Position numbers and translations under genes: made by a program
Shown here: positions 1 to 12,710 of the stretch, piece by piece
Position numbering within the stretch: the first letter of the stretch is position 1
How the letters are laid out: every line of letters begins with the position of its first letter
Notes under the pieces: model-generated
Seen by the model: the letters and a program-made list of their open reading frames with translations, nothing else
Databases searched by the model: none
What the model was told of the DNA's origin: nothing
Assembly (NCBI RefSeq): GCF_001447785.1
Contig: NW_015173122.1
Coordinates: 755,541-819,540 of the forward strand
DNA length: 64,000 nucleotides
Reading direction: 5' to 3'
From: Gekko japonicus
Taxonomy: Eukaryota

Positions 1-813
1 CTGTCCAACTGGTCAAGCCATCCATGAAGGGGTGTGTGTGTGTGAACGTGCCACAGTCGCTAGCAGGGAAGACTTCCTTGGCCCTGTTTCTTAGAAGCAT
101 GCCCATTTTGCCTTGAAGGTTAAATCACCAAGAGGCAGAAGTTCGTGCCAAACTCCACAGTGTAACCTACAGGTGTGGCATCCCGGTTCTCGAAACTCCA
201 GCCCAGCCAAGGCAAACGAAAAGGCTGCACTCTCCCACACCGTGATCCGACTGCAAGAGTCACACACCCCCTCCTGCACTCCCCATCCTTCTCTGCATAC
301 TTCAGTTTGTTTGCTGGGCTCTGCATTTCACGCCACCCCGTTGGGGTCAGTTGCACTGTTCCCTCTAAGCTGTGCGCATGAGCGGCCGCTCATTGACACA
401 GGAAGCCCCGCTCAGCAGCAATCTGGAGTTGCACAGGGTCTTGCACTGCCCATTGCCCTTTTTAAGATTACAGCGGTTATATTCTCAGTAGGGGGGGGGG
501 AATTAGAGGGAACTGTTGGCAGTTGTCTGGCTCAACCCAGTGCTGGATGCTTGTGAGATGCATCCAACCATAACATCAGTAGTTCAACTCTGGTAGTGTT
601 CAGAACTCCATAGAGGACAACAGCAGCTCTGGGAAGGACTGGGGTCTCAGCACCCACGATAAGGTGCCGCCCTCCCCTACTGGCAGACATAATTTGGGGT
701 TGAAACCTGCCTTGTCCTGGATGGCCCAGGCTAGCCTGATCTCATCAGATCTTCAAAGCTAAGAAGGGTCAACCTATTACTTGGACGGGAGACCACCAAG
801 GAAGTTCAAGGTT

Positions 814-1025
814 GGGAGGGGCTGTGGCTCATTGGCAGAGCATCCGCTTGGCATGCAGAAGGTTCCAGGTTCAATCCCTAGTATCTCCAGTTAAAAGATC
901 TGGCCGTAGGTGATGTGAAAGACCTCTGCCTGAGACCCTGGAGAGCCGCTGCCAGTCCGTGTAGACAACACGGACCTTGATGGACCAAGGGTCTGATTCA
1001 GTAGAAGGCAGCTTCATGTGTTCAA
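814..1025 (+). mobile_element. tRNA-derived SINE with CR1-like tail (other copies 22300-22555 minus, 29589-29790, 35885-36085 minus, 47316-47530, 52215-52680 minus)
   Basis: Head ggggctgtggctcagtggcagagc..ggttcaatccc; tail gaccctggagagccgctgccagtc..ggtctgattcagta. Confidence 0.8.
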
Positions 1026-1162
1026 GATTGCAACTTAGAGGCAGGCAGTGATCAACTACCTCTGTTCAACCCTTGCCTTGAAAACCCTACAGGGTCACCG
1101 TAAGTCGGTTGCCACTTGATGACACTTCCCACCACAAATAGGGCTATGCCCTGACCTAGAAG

Positions 1163-1514
1163 GGAGCTGCGGTGGCTCAAGTGGTTAAGACGCTGAACTG
1201 CAGGCTGTGGAAGGTCGGTAGTTCAGCAGTTCGAGACCCAAGTGTGCCGCATGACGGAGTGAGCTCCCGTCTCTAGTTCCAGCTCCTGCCAACCCAGCAG
1301 TTCGAAAGCAAGACATTGCAAGTAGATAAATAGGTACCACTTAGGTGGGAAGGTAACAGCGTTCCGTGTGCCTTGGTGTTTAGTCATGCCGGCCACATGA
1401 CCATGGAAATGTCTTCGGACAGCGCTGGCTCTTCGGCTTGGAAATGGAGATGAGCACCGCAACCCTAGAGTCGGATTCAACTGGCTTTCGAGCAAGGGAA
1501 CCTTTACCTTTTAC
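1163..1514 (+). mobile_element. Sauria-type tRNA-derived SINE
   Basis: tRNA-like head with A/B boxes, (ACCTTT)n tail, TSD cctgacctaga. Inserted into a 5S-derived SINE head. Confidence 0.85.
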
Positions 1515-1728
1515 CTGACCTAGATAGCCCAGGCTATTCCAATATTCTCAGGTCTCGAAAGCTCATCAGGATCAGCCCTGGTTAGTACCTTGGTGGGAGA
1601 CCACCAAGGAAGTCCAGGGTTGCTATACAGTGGCAGGCAGTGGCAAAACGCCTCTGAAGATCTCTTGCCTTGAAAATCCTACGAGGTCAGCCTAAGTCGG
1701 CCGCAGCTTGACAGCACCTTCCACCACC
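1515..1728 (+). mobile_element. 5S rRNA-derived SINE (other copies near 712-1135, 7990-8190, 21600-21795, 23810-23965 minus, 31750-31905, 51505-51900, 55013-55180, 61819-62030)
   Basis: Head resembles the 5S internal region (gatctcggaagctaagcagggtcggccctggttagtacttggatgggagacc). All copies share the tail cttgccttgaaaaccc..gtaagtcagctg..gacttgacggca. Confidence 0.8.
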
Positions 1729-2196
1729 AACTGGGCTATCCTTTGCTCCTGGGCTTTTAGGAGCTGCTTGTTCTGCGGGAATCAAAGCTTTTCCAGACTC
1801 AGAACTAAAACTCAGCCCCTAATAGTCAAGGCACAAAAAAGGGCCAGGCTGCTTTTTTTCTTGGCCAGCTAGCAACCCTAGCAGTTTTGCTTTTTGTTTT
1901 TCAGCCGTGAAGAGCGGGAAACTCCTACCCCCCCTCTCCTCTGGCACTCCAAAGAGTTCAATTTGTGTACTTTGCCCCCACGGCATCTGCAAGCTAGGGA
2001 GAAAACTCTGCAGACAGGCCATATAACTGGCGGGGAGATAGCTGATGCAGGGACTAATGCCCGAACTCGCAACCTCGTGCTTATCAGAGATGGCTTGCCT
2101 GCTTCTGTACCACCTGCTGCTGGGCTGCACCCATCCAAAGTGCCGTGCGCCCACTTCCGCCCCATGCCCAGCAAAAGCCCAGTTCCCAGGACTCAC

Positions 2197-2411
2197 CTGC
2201 CCAGCAGCCGCAGCTTCCGGGGGCCATATTTGTCCATGACGATGCCCAGAGGCAAAGTGAANNNNNNNNNNNNNNNNNNNNNNNNNNNNNNNNNNNNNNN
2301 NNNNNNNNNGGTCCTTGCAGGTGAGCCAGCCGTTCACACGCACCGGCTCCTCGTGTACCGTCGTCACATTGCCGGTGGAGAGGCTGGCGTTGGCTGGGAT
2401 GGTCACGTTCT
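2197..2411 (-). CDS. SLC43A2: SLC43A2 (LAT4 amino acid transporter) second coding exon, with an internal N-gap
   Basis: Acceptor ttcctccag|AG, donor CAG|gtgagt. Reads (E)NVTIPANASLSTGNVTTVHEEPVRVNGWLTCKD..gap..TLPLGIVMDKYGPRKLRLLG, matching LAT4 as recalled. Phase 1 joins the exon at 17548. Confidence 0.93.
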
Positions 2412-2495
2412 CTGGAGGAAGAGGAGGAAGAGAAGAAGCAGGTTAGCCCCAAGCAGGGCTTGCTCATATATGGGGCAGTGAAGAAGACTCATTTA

Positions 2496-2787
2496 TAGGG
2501 TTGCCAAGTACTTACTGCAATCCGGCGGGGGACACATGCTCCCCGGCCGGAACATTTCTCCTTGTAACGCACCATGCCGTCGCCAGGAAATGACACTGGG
2601 TGACGCTCTGGCAATGGGGCTGAAAACTCGATGGTACCATCAAGTTTCTGGCCTCATTGCCAGAGCGTCGCCCGGCGTCACTTCCTGGCGATGGCATGGT
2701 GCAGCACGTCTGTTGTCCCCGCAGGAATGATCCTGCAAAGACGTCTTCGTCCCCTGCCGAATCACGGCAAGTACTTGGGAAGACTGT
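2496..2787. mobile_element. Fold-back MITE (TAGGGTTGCCA-type end)
   Basis: Long palindrome centred on ggtacc at about 2635, with inner arms of about 65 bp. Confidence 0.75.
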
Positions 2788-4437
2788 CATAGAATCATAG
2801 AGTTGGAAGGGGCCCTACAGACCATCTAGTCCAACCCCCTGCCCGATGCAGGACCAGCCTAAAGCATCTCTGACAAATATTCGCCCAGCCTCTTCTTGAA
2901 AGCTTGGAAACCACTTTGGCCACAGCTCAAGCAATCATGCAAGAGCCCATTTCTATGACACGGTGCAGATCTGGGAGTCAAGCTCTCCGAGATTCCTTTT
3001 GTTAACCCTTAAAAGAGGCCAGGGATATCCATACTGGGTAAATGATCCGATTCACCCTTCCACCTCCCTTGCAGGTCTCATTATGGAGAGGGTGCAATTA
3101 ATCACAGGAAGGAGAAGAAACCCACACCTGCAGTCTGTTTGCACAGCACTACAGTACGGATCTCCCCTCCTTGTGCTTCCCCCCCACCAAAAAATGAACA
3201 GTGTCTGGTGGACAAGACTTCCAGCAACACAAAAGCACAAATGCAACCACAAGACCCAAACAGATGTCTGCACTGCCTCTAACAGACCCGTCCACATTCT
3301 TCTCTGGAAAAGCAAAAACCGACGAGAAGTCACCAAGACTTCCCAGTTGCCTCATCTCATCAGGCCCGTTCCGGGGCAGTAAGAACACTGCTGGACCGCA
3401 AGATCATCCACAAAATGTAATTTGCCATTTCCATACTCTAGAGGGGTGGCAGCCAATGTTCCCTCTAAGCTGTGAGCAAAATTTCTACTTTGTGAGCTGC
3501 TGGCATTAAAGTTGTGAGCAAATGATTTGGCTGCTGCATAAATTAGCTTGCTCTGGAGTCATCCTCCCTGAGCTAAGACAAAAATCTGTGAGCTGGAGGC
3601 TAAAATTCTGTGAGCTAGCTCACACTAACTCAGCTTAGAGGGAACACTGGTGGCTGCGTTAAATCTCTTGCGGCCCAAATAAAAACAAAAATCTCAGGGC
3701 ACCCGAAAGACATTTATGGCGGCAGGATTTTCCACGGATCAGAGTCCATCAGATGCCCAAAGCAGGACCTCAGTTGGCAAATACCAACAAAGCCCTCCCC
3801 CACACCAACTTGGCACGGAGAAAAGAGACAGCAGATGATGAGCCCAAAACACAAAAGAAGCACACAACCAAGCGAGGATATTTCTGGGCAACGCTTGATT
3901 GTATACAAAAGGAGGACGGGGCCAGAATAAGAGGGACCCTCCTGGAGCCTCCAGAGTTTTGCTAAGCTAAGTTAACACCAGTGGAGGCATAAGCCTTAAC
4001 TCAGTGGTTGCTCTTATAACAACACACATACATCTGCCAATGGGGACAATAAAAGTCCTATGCGCCAGCCAAAGGAAAAACGGACCTCGGCTTCAATTTG
4101 CCATTTGATCTGGCTGTCAAAGGAGCCGAGGAATCAAATTTTAATTTCCCTCCTTGGCACCTTCAGCTCCCTGTCCTAAGTGAAACAGCTCGATTCGAGT
4201 CCAGCACCTTCAAGACCAACAAGATGTTCAGGGTATCAGCTTTCGAGAGTCAAAGGTGCGTCTGACAAAAGGCACTTTGGCTCTCGAAAGCCTATACCCT
4301 GAAAATCTTAGTTGGTCTCGAAGGTCGACATCAGCCTGAGCACTGAACGACGCAAAGAAGCAGTACAAGATCTGAAAACGTGGAGAGAGCTGGCCCATAG
4401 AATCGCCAAGAGTCGGACACAACCGAATGGCTAACAA

Positions 4438-4847
4438 CAGGGGTCATTTCCTGCAGGAGCGCACAGGAGCGGAGCTCCGGCAGTAAAGAGCCCGGGGGGG
4501 CACATGCAACAAGCCCCACCCCCCTGCTCCCAGCAGCCCTCAGTCAGAGCAAGAAGCAGCCAGGTAAGTTGCAGAGCCGGCTCCCCAGTCCAAAACAGTC
4601 CAGTGGCATCTTTAAAGACTAAGTTTTATTCAGGTACAAGCTCTCCCTTCGCTGCAAGGACAGATCTGCACATTCCCCCCCCCCCCAATAGCTAGCAATC
4701 CAAAAGAGTCCAGTGGAGCCTGAGCAGTGGGTGTTGCCTTCTGACACACTTCCGGTGATGTCAGGGGGTGTGGCATATGCAAATAAGTTATGCTAATGAG
4801 TTATGCTAATGAGCTCCTGTACCTCTTTTTCTACAAAATGACCCCTG
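4438..4847. mobile_element. About 410-bp hAT-type MITE, TIR CAGGGGTCATTT
   Basis: TSD gctaacaa/gctaacag; opposite orientation to the other three copies. Confidence 0.9.
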
Positions 4848-5036
4848 GCTAACAGCAACAACAACACAACAAAGGTGCAACTGGACTCAAATCGAAGTGA
4901 TCTACTGCAGACCGACACAGCTCCCCTCTGAAATGATCCTAAGGGAGGAGCCAAAATCAGGCATGGAGGGAGAACTTTAAGCCTGCACCCAAACTCTGGC
5001 TAGGTGGAAAGAAAACTCCACAGGCTGCAGAAGACT

Positions 5037-5551
5037 CATAGAATAATAGAATGTTAGAGTTGGAAGGGACCTGGCAGGTCATCCAGTCCAACCCCCTGCA
5101 CTCTGCAGGAGCATAGCCGAAAGATAGCCCTACAACGTACCCAAAAGATGGCCGTCCAGATTCCGCTTGAAAACGTCCAGCGAAGGAGCATCCACCACCT
5201 CCCGAGGCAGTCTGTCCCACTGCTCAACCACTCTTACAGTTAGGAAGTCTCTCCTGATATTTAGCCGGTATTGACTCCCTTGTAATTTCCACCCATTAGA
5301 TCTAGTCTTGCAATCCGGAGCAAGAGAGAATAGATCTGCGCCATCTTCTACATGACAGCCCTTCAAATACTTGGAGACTGCAATCATGTCCCCTCTAAGC
5401 TTTCTCTTTCCCAGGCTAAACTTACCCAACTCTTCCAGCCTTTCCTCATAAGACTTGGATTCCAACCCTCTCACCATCCTGGTTGCCCTCTTATGGACAC
5501 GCTCGAGCTTGTCAACATCTTTCTTAAAATGTGGTGCCCGAAGCTGGACAC
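5037..5551 (-). mobile_element. CR1 LINE 3' fragment
   Basis: ORF2 C-terminus MVRGLESKSYEERLEELGKFSLGKRKLRGDMIAVSKYLKG..FLTVRVVEQW; (ATTCT)n-type tail. Confidence 0.92.
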
Positions 5552-5962
5552 AGTTTTGTAACTGTTAGCCTGCCTTTGAGTCAAGAGACTGATCTCAAAG
5601 GCAAGCCAGGCTGCTCTGTCCTAGACCCATACCCAGGAGAGGAATGCAGAGACTCAGTTGTAAGTACGGGGTTGGCTAGCAAGATAGCTTTTCATATTTT
5701 CTTTCTCCATTCTGCCTAACTAACCTGTCTACTGATTGTTCTCCATCATCAGTGCTTTCTAGGCTTTATGTGTAGTTATTTAAAAAGTGCACTCGATTCA
5801 CCATCTTTTGAGCGTGAACCAACCGCGTAGAATATCGCCCGCGTTAGCCGGCGACTCTGCTTCACGCTGGCTGAGTGCTGAATAAGGACAGCGATGATGG
5901 AATACAGATGGAGAGAAAGAAAAAGGTCTCTGGTTTCTCTCTTGCACCCTGCCCCCCCCCCC

Positions 5963-6860
5963 CCCCCCAAACTCCTGGCAGCCAAGAGCACCAGAGGAAA
6001 GTATGACAGGAGAGAATTCTCTCAACATTGGCAGTTTCTACTTGGGAAAGGGACTTTCTAGCAAGGGGAGATTGGAAAGTAATAGGTGTCAAAACACAAC
6101 CAGTTTCCTGGGCTCTTGGCAAACCTAGGAGTGGGGGGGCTGGGAACAAGGATGCCAGCCTCCAGGTGGGACCTGGGGACCCCCAGAATGACAGCTCATC
6201 TCCAGACTACAGAGATCTCCCCTGGAGAAAACGGATGCTCTGGAGGGTGGAATCTATGGCACTGTGCCCCACTGAGGTCCACATGCTCCCCCAAAATCCG
6301 GACGTTTCCCAGCCTGGATCTGGCTATCCTACCCCCCATCCCCTGCCACTATCCAGCAGGGACCCGGCAACCCTAACTGGAGACCTTCTGCATGCAAAGC
6401 AGATGTTCTACCGCTGAGAAGAAGAAGAAGAGATTGGATTTATACCCCGCCCTTCACTTGGAGTCTCAGAGCGGCTTACAAACTCCTTTCCCTCCCCCTC
6501 CTCACAACAGACACCCTGTGAGGTGGGTGGGGCTGAGAGAGCTCTGCCCCCCAAACTCCTGGCGGCCAAGAGAACCAGAGGAAAGTATGACAGGAGAGAA
6601 TTCTCTCAACATTGGCAGTTTCTACTTGGGAAAGGGACTTTCTAGCAAGGGGAGATTGGAAAGTAATAGGTGTCAAAACACAACCAGTTTCCTGGGCTCT
6701 TGGCAAACCTAGGAGTGGGGGGGCTGGGAACAAGGATGCCAGCCTCCAGGTGGGACCTGGGGACCCCCAGAATGACAGCTCATCTCCAGACTACAGAGAT
6801 CTCCCCTGGAGAAAACGGATGCTCTGGAGGGTGGATTCTATGGCACTGTGCCCCACTGAG
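5963..6860. repeat. Local direct duplication (about 310 bp, offset 584)
   Basis: 5963-6276 is nearly identical to 6547-6860. Confidence 0.9.
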
Positions 6861-8259
6861 TTCCATGTCCTGCTCAGTCTCCATCCCCAAAGCTCCAGGA
6901 CTTTCCCAACCCAGATCTGACAACCCTACCCGTGCCATCCGCCCACAGGTGGCCAGGAGGGACCTGGGAACCAAGTCCTGACATGCATGTTTATGAATTG
7001 TGAAGAGAAGTGGCTGAGCCCGGGCAGCTGGCATTTTATAACCCCACGTGTTGATCACTTTTCTTCTCCTGTGTAGACATACTTACCAACTCAAGACACC
7101 CTTTGAGCTCTTAGTGCTCAGGACACAACAACCGTGTTGGTCTCTTGGGTGTCACAAGACTGTTGTTCTAAGTCACTGTGTATGCACAAAGAGCTGCAAG
7201 CTATTGCAAAACTTTGGGAAGAGGATCCAATGGCAGGACGGGTGGGTCCCCCTCCCGGTCCCCCTCCCCCTCGTCTACAAGCCTCCCGTTGCCACATTCC
7301 ATACCCAAGGCAGCCAGCTCTCTGTCTGCTCCCCACACCCCTCTCCACAGCCATAGCAGATGCCCAGTGGGATGAAGTTAAGCAAGAGAGGCTTTTCCTG
7401 ACACAGAGAGGAAGGAACGCGGAAAGCATTGCCTCTTCCCGTGTGGTGTCATGGTTAGTGTGTCGGACTAGGAACTGGGAGACCCCGGTTCAAATCCCTC
7501 CTCTGCCACGGGAAGCTCACGGTGGGACCTTAACCTAGTCACACATACTCAGTGCAGCCTACCTCACAGGGTTGTTGTGAGGATAAAATGGAGGAGAACG
7601 ATGTAAGCCACTTTGGGTTTCCCACTGGGGAGAAAGGCAGGGTACAGATGAAGCAAGGAAAATATATATATAGTATTCAATACATGAAATACAAGAAATA
7701 CGATTCCTTCATCAGGACTGCAAATGGGAACGGCCAAAAAGGCACAGCCACAGGAACTTCACAGCCAGTAATGCCTCCAAACTGTCTTTATTGTACAGCA
7801 ATGTCTCAAAACGGCTTGATTTTCCTTTATTCACGATGGATACATATAGCCAGACTCTGTAGGTGCTTTTCCATCTAAATGAATGTCCTACCATTGGATC
7901 CTCTTCCCAAAGTTTTGCACCTACTATTGAATGTTTAAGAAATATTTGGATGTTAAGTCATACACGATCCAAAAAGAAAGGTGGCAGCCCTGACCTGGAT
8001 CGCCCAGGCAAGCCCGATCTCGTCAGCTCTCGGAAGCTGAGCAGGGCCGACCCTGGCAGGTACTTGGATGGGAGACCTCCAAAGAATACCAGGGCCAGGA
8101 GGCAGAGGCAGGCGGATCAAGCCATTTCTCTGAACGTCCCCCATGCCCCAGTAGGAGTTACCAGAGGTCACCATGACTTCCAGGCATGGGCGCACACACA
8201 CACACACACTTCAAAAAGGATGTGGACAGAATGGAGCTGGCGCAGAGGAGAGCGACAAG

Positions 8260-8860
8260 GCTGAGGGAAGGCTGAGGGACTTGGGGATGTTCAGTCTGGA
8301 GAAGAGGGGGTTGGGGGGGGACATGACTGCTCTCTTGAAGTATTTGAAGGGCTGCCAGTGTTCCCTCTAAGGTGTGGAGTCTTGCAAGCAAAAATTCTAC
8401 TTTGTGAGCTACTGGCATTAAAGTTGTGAGCGAGCGATTTGGTTGCTGCATCAATTAGTTTGCTCTGGAGCCCTCCTCCCTGAGCTAAGACAAAAATGTG
8501 TGAGCCGGAGGCTAAAAAACTGTGAGCTAGCTCACACTAACTCAGCTTAGAGGGAACACTGGCAGTCACTTAGAGGAGGGCAGGGAGCTGTTCCTGTGGG
8601 CAGCAGAGGAGAGGACTCGCAATCGTGGGTTGAAATTAAGGGCGGGAAGGGACCGGCTGGATCTTAGGAAGAACTTCTTTACAGTCAGAGTTGTGCAGCA
8701 GGGGAATCGGCTGCCTAAGGAGGTGGTGAGTTCCCCCTCGCTGGCAGTCTTTAAGCAGCGCCTGGACAAACACTTGTCAGGGATGCTAGGCCGATCCTGC
8801 ACTGAGCAGGGGGTTGGACTGGAGGGCCTGTCTGGCCCCTTCTGACTCTGTGATTCCGTG
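8260..8860 (+). mobile_element. CR1 LINE 3' fragment with nested MITE (8356-8561)
   Basis: RLRDLGMFSLEKRGLGGDMTALLKYLKG..RLDLRKNFFTVRVVQQ. Confidence 0.9.
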
Positions 8861-8985
8861 AAATGCAAAAATACAAAAAAGGGGGGGGGGAGACGGCAGA
8901 GAGGGGTGTGTCGGCTCACTCTTACCCCAGGCTCCAACAGCAGGTTTGTGAGTCTTCGACATTCCCATGACATAAACTCCCACCA

Positions 8986-9410
8986 AGGTGGCGCAGGCAG
9001 TACGACGCCTGCGGTTAACATCAATAGCGAACAGCCACAATGGCTGTTCGAATCCCCACCGCGGCCGGGTTGAGCCCCCGTCCCAGCTCCCGCCAACCCA
9101 GTGGCTCTAGTAACAAGAGGAATGGGTACCTGCCCAGTGGAGGCGGAGCCGGAGCTGGAGCGACATGGTGACGTGGGACGCAGCACGGCAGGAGCCGACG
9201 GGACGTTTGCCGGAAGCTGCGCCCGAAAGCAGCGGCGCTCCGAAGGAGAAAAAATCGTCAAGAGCCTGCTCGGACTTGGTCGCCAGCCATCCGGATCGCC
9301 AAAAGGAACAACGAGGCCGCCAGAGAGGAAGAAGGACTATGCCGCATGGGTGCTGGTAGGATATCCCCTCCCCAAGAGAATTGTGGCCCTAGCTAGGTAT
9401 TAACTACGCA
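8986..9410 (+). mobile_element. Divergent CpG-rich SINE-like element
   Basis: A-box-like tggcgcaggcag, B-box gttcgaatcc at 9046-9055, and cccagctcccgccaacccag similar to the Sauria SINE body. The 3' half is unrelated. Confidence 0.5.
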
Positions 9411-10440
9411 GTAGTTCATTGTAAACCGCTCTGAGACCCATTAGGGGTCATGGGCGGTATATAAATCCCATGTAAATATTTTTTTTAAAAAAATGGCCTT
9501 TGAACCCCCAGGTGCAGCTGTTGAAGGCCCAAAATTATTGTGCCTGGGGAGCAGGATACAGAGCAAAAGCAGCAACCGTTACCAACCTTGGTTCACGTTC
9601 AAGCTCAGGGGCAGGAGTCCGTGGCCAGAACCCTACTCAGATATGGAAATCATCTCTCCTGCAGGTTGCTCTGTGCAAATATTAACTCTACCCACACAAG
9701 CTCCCTTGCACATCAACAGAGAGAGACAGACAACAGGTAAAGTGTGTGTTTTCTAAAGGGGCGGGCTCGGGGGCTCTTGAAGGAAGGAGGCGGCAGGAAA
9801 CAGATGGAGGGGAAACCGTTAGACAAAACAACGGTGAACGCGAACTGACGCCGTCAGCACTTGGGTAAGGGGTGTTCCGGGAGGGGACGGTGCTCGGTGC
9901 CCTGAGATTCCTTCTGCAGGGGTTGACACCAAACGACATAGCAGCTTGCTCTCGAGAGCAGGGGTGGCTTTGGAAACAAGGCAGCTGGGACACCACCACA
10001 AACATCCCAGTGTTTATGGTGCAAACAGGCCCCAGAAGGTGACCCTCCCTGCCCTTGAAAGCCAGGTGCAGGCCTTCACCTTTCCGGGCTGCCATGACAG
10101 GCCTCACGCGGGTCTCGGGAGGAGGCCGCAGTCACACCTCGGAGGAGCCAAGTGGTAATCAGCCCAATTTTGACTGTGTTCCACCTGCCAGTGTGGCACA
10201 GGGTCTAAATGAGACTGGGGTGCAAAAAAACCCTTGGCCATGAGCTGAGACCTGGGATAGGGATGCCAGCCTTCAGGTGGGGCCTGCAGATCTCCTGGGA
10301 TGACAGCTGCTAGACTACAAAGATCAGTTCCCCTGGATAAAATGGCTGCTTTGGAGGGCAGACTCTGTCCACTGAAGCCCCACCCCAAACCTTGCTCTCC
10401 CCCCAAGAACAAAATCTCCAGGGATTTCCCAACCTAACCC

Positions 10441-10854
10441 CAGGGGTCATTTCGCAGAAAAAGAGGTGCAGGAGCTCATTAGCATACCCCATTAGCATAA
10501 CTTATTTGCATATGCCACACCCCCTGACATCACCGGAAGTGTGTCAGAAGGCAACACCCACCGCTCAGGCTCCACTGGACTGTTTTGGAATGCTAGCTAT
10601 TGGGGGGGGGGGTGGAATGTGCATATCTGTCCTTGCAGAGGAGGGAGAGCTTGTACCTGAATAAAACTTGGTCTTAAAGGTGCCACTGGACTGTTTTGGA
10701 CCGGGGGGGGAGCTCTGCAACTTACCTGGCTGCTTCCTGCTCTGACTGAGGGCTGCTGGGAGCAGGGGGTAGGGCTTGTTGCATGTGCCCGCCCCCTGGG
10801 CTCTTTACTGCTGGAGCTCTGCTCCTGTGTGCTCCTGCAGGAAATGACCCCCTG
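10441..10854. mobile_element. About 410-bp hAT-type MITE, TIR CAGGGGTCATTT
   Basis: Perfect 8-bp TSD cctaaccc. Confidence 0.92.
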
Positions 10855-12339
10855 CCTAACCCTAACCTGGGGCCAGTCACTCTCACTCAGCTTCGTCTTC
10901 ACACAGGGTTGGCAAAACTCGGGGCTGGGAAATACCTGGAGATTTTGGAGATGGAGCCAGGGGAGGGACCTCAGCAGGGTACAATGCCATAGGGTCCACC
11001 CTCCACAGCAGTCATTTTCTCCAGGGGAACTGACCTCGGTCTTCTGGAGATCAACAGTAATAGCCTGAGATCTCCAGGTGCCACCTGGAGACTGGCAACC
11101 CTGTGACTTCACAGGGACGTTGCCTAGATAAAACCGAGAAGGGGGGGAGAACAACGTACGCTGCCCCGCAGCTCCTCAGATAGGGTGAAAACGTGACAGA
11201 TCAAAATTCACGCAAAAAGCTACATGAAAGGGATCAGTCAGCAGACTAGATTAGCAAAGACCTCCCAATTCTCCCTGGGCGGGTCCAGCCTAGAAAAACC
11301 TTGTGGAAAAGTGAATGCCTGCTTCCTAGAGAGGCAGTGCCGGGAGGTTAACAGAGGCACAGGAGATCAGGTTCTCGCTGGCACACAAGGCAGCTGCTTG
11401 TTGCCTCTCCGAGTAAGGACCCAGGACCAGCCCAAAAGGTCATTCCAGTTCAGCATTCTGTTTCCCCAACAGCTGCAAGGCAAGACGCCCGCGGGAAACT
11501 CACAACCAAGGGCAAAGGCAACGGCAACACACACACACACCCCGAACACAAACAGCACCCCCCAGCATACTGCTTCTGAACTGGAAGGCTGCAATCCTGG
11601 CTTGTGGTTGCCATCAGATCAATCCGCCATGAGCCTATCCTGCGTCAGCCAACGGTCAGCGCTACATCATCGGAAAGAAATTGCGCAAGCTGATTACACA
11701 CCGTGTTAAAAATACTAATTTTTCCATCAAAAATTGACTGCTCTAGCTCTAGTATAAGGAAGCTACCCACTTCCTTCATGCCACTCATAATGTTGATCAT
11801 GCCACCCCTGGGCCTTTCCCCCCCTAAAAGGAAATGTCCCTTGGGTGCCCTTTCCTGCACTGTTCTAGCACCTCTATATCCTTCTTGAAATGGCACAGCT
11901 AAAGCTGAACACATGTGTTGCTGCACCAACAATAAAATGCAAGGGTTTTAAAATAAGTTATTTTTGATTCCTTTCTAATAATTTCCTTGACCGATTCACC
12001 AGAACCTTGCTATTTCTTTTCTGGTGAGTCACTATTTCCCATTTGTTGCATATGTGGAGCAAGCATCCTACCCAATTAATGCTGAATCACTGTTGCCCAT
12101 TCAGAGATTCTTTTCGAGTTCCTCTGAGCCTGCTTGGACTTTCATTCTCCTGAATAATCTTGGACTCCTGCACAACCTTGCCTACATCAGAGCAAGTTAA
12201 GTAGCATCAGACCCCACTGCAATTCCTTGGGGAATCCTAATTCCCATCTTTGCAAAAAACATGCATTTGCCAATATACCCTGTTCTCTATTTAGTTAACA
12301 GACAAGAGGGCCTGCCTTCTTCACCAGCTACCAGTTAGC

Positions 12340-12710
12340 CACTTTCACACACACTAAATAATGCACTTTCAATCCATTTCCAGGGCACTTTGCAACTGGA
12401 TTTTACTGTGTGAAACAGTAAAGCCCACTTTCAAATAATCTCTAAAGTGCACTGAAAGTGGACAGAAAGTGCATTATTCCGTATGTGTGAATCACTAAAG
12501 TGCATCAAAAGTGGATTGAAAGTGCATTATTCAGTGTGTGTGGCTCACTAAAGTGCATTGAAAGTGGATTGAAAACACAACATTCAGTGTTCATGAATCA
12601 CTAAAGTGCATCGAAAGTGGATTGAAAGTGCATTATTCAGTGTGTGTGGCTCACTAAAGTGCATCGAAAGTAGACTGAAAGCACATCATTCAGTGTGTGT
12701 TAAAGCACCG
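12340..12710. repeat. Palindromic element whose right arm is expanded into about 5 tandem 53-bp units
   Basis: cactaaagtgcat..gaaagtgcattattcagtgtgtg near 12440, 12493, 12546, 12599 and 12652. The left arm cacactaaataatgcactttcaatcca is its reverse complement. Confidence 0.85.

Noticed and set aside
712-810. 5S rRNA gene and tRNA gene look-alikes throughout the window
   Set aside because: They are degenerate heads fused to shared SINE bodies and tails, not intact structural RNA genes.
5130-5477. Reverse-transcriptase-like ORFs (also 28178-28525 and 55678-56136)
   Set aside because: Short 5'-truncated CR1 ORF2 C-terminal remnants; not functional genes.
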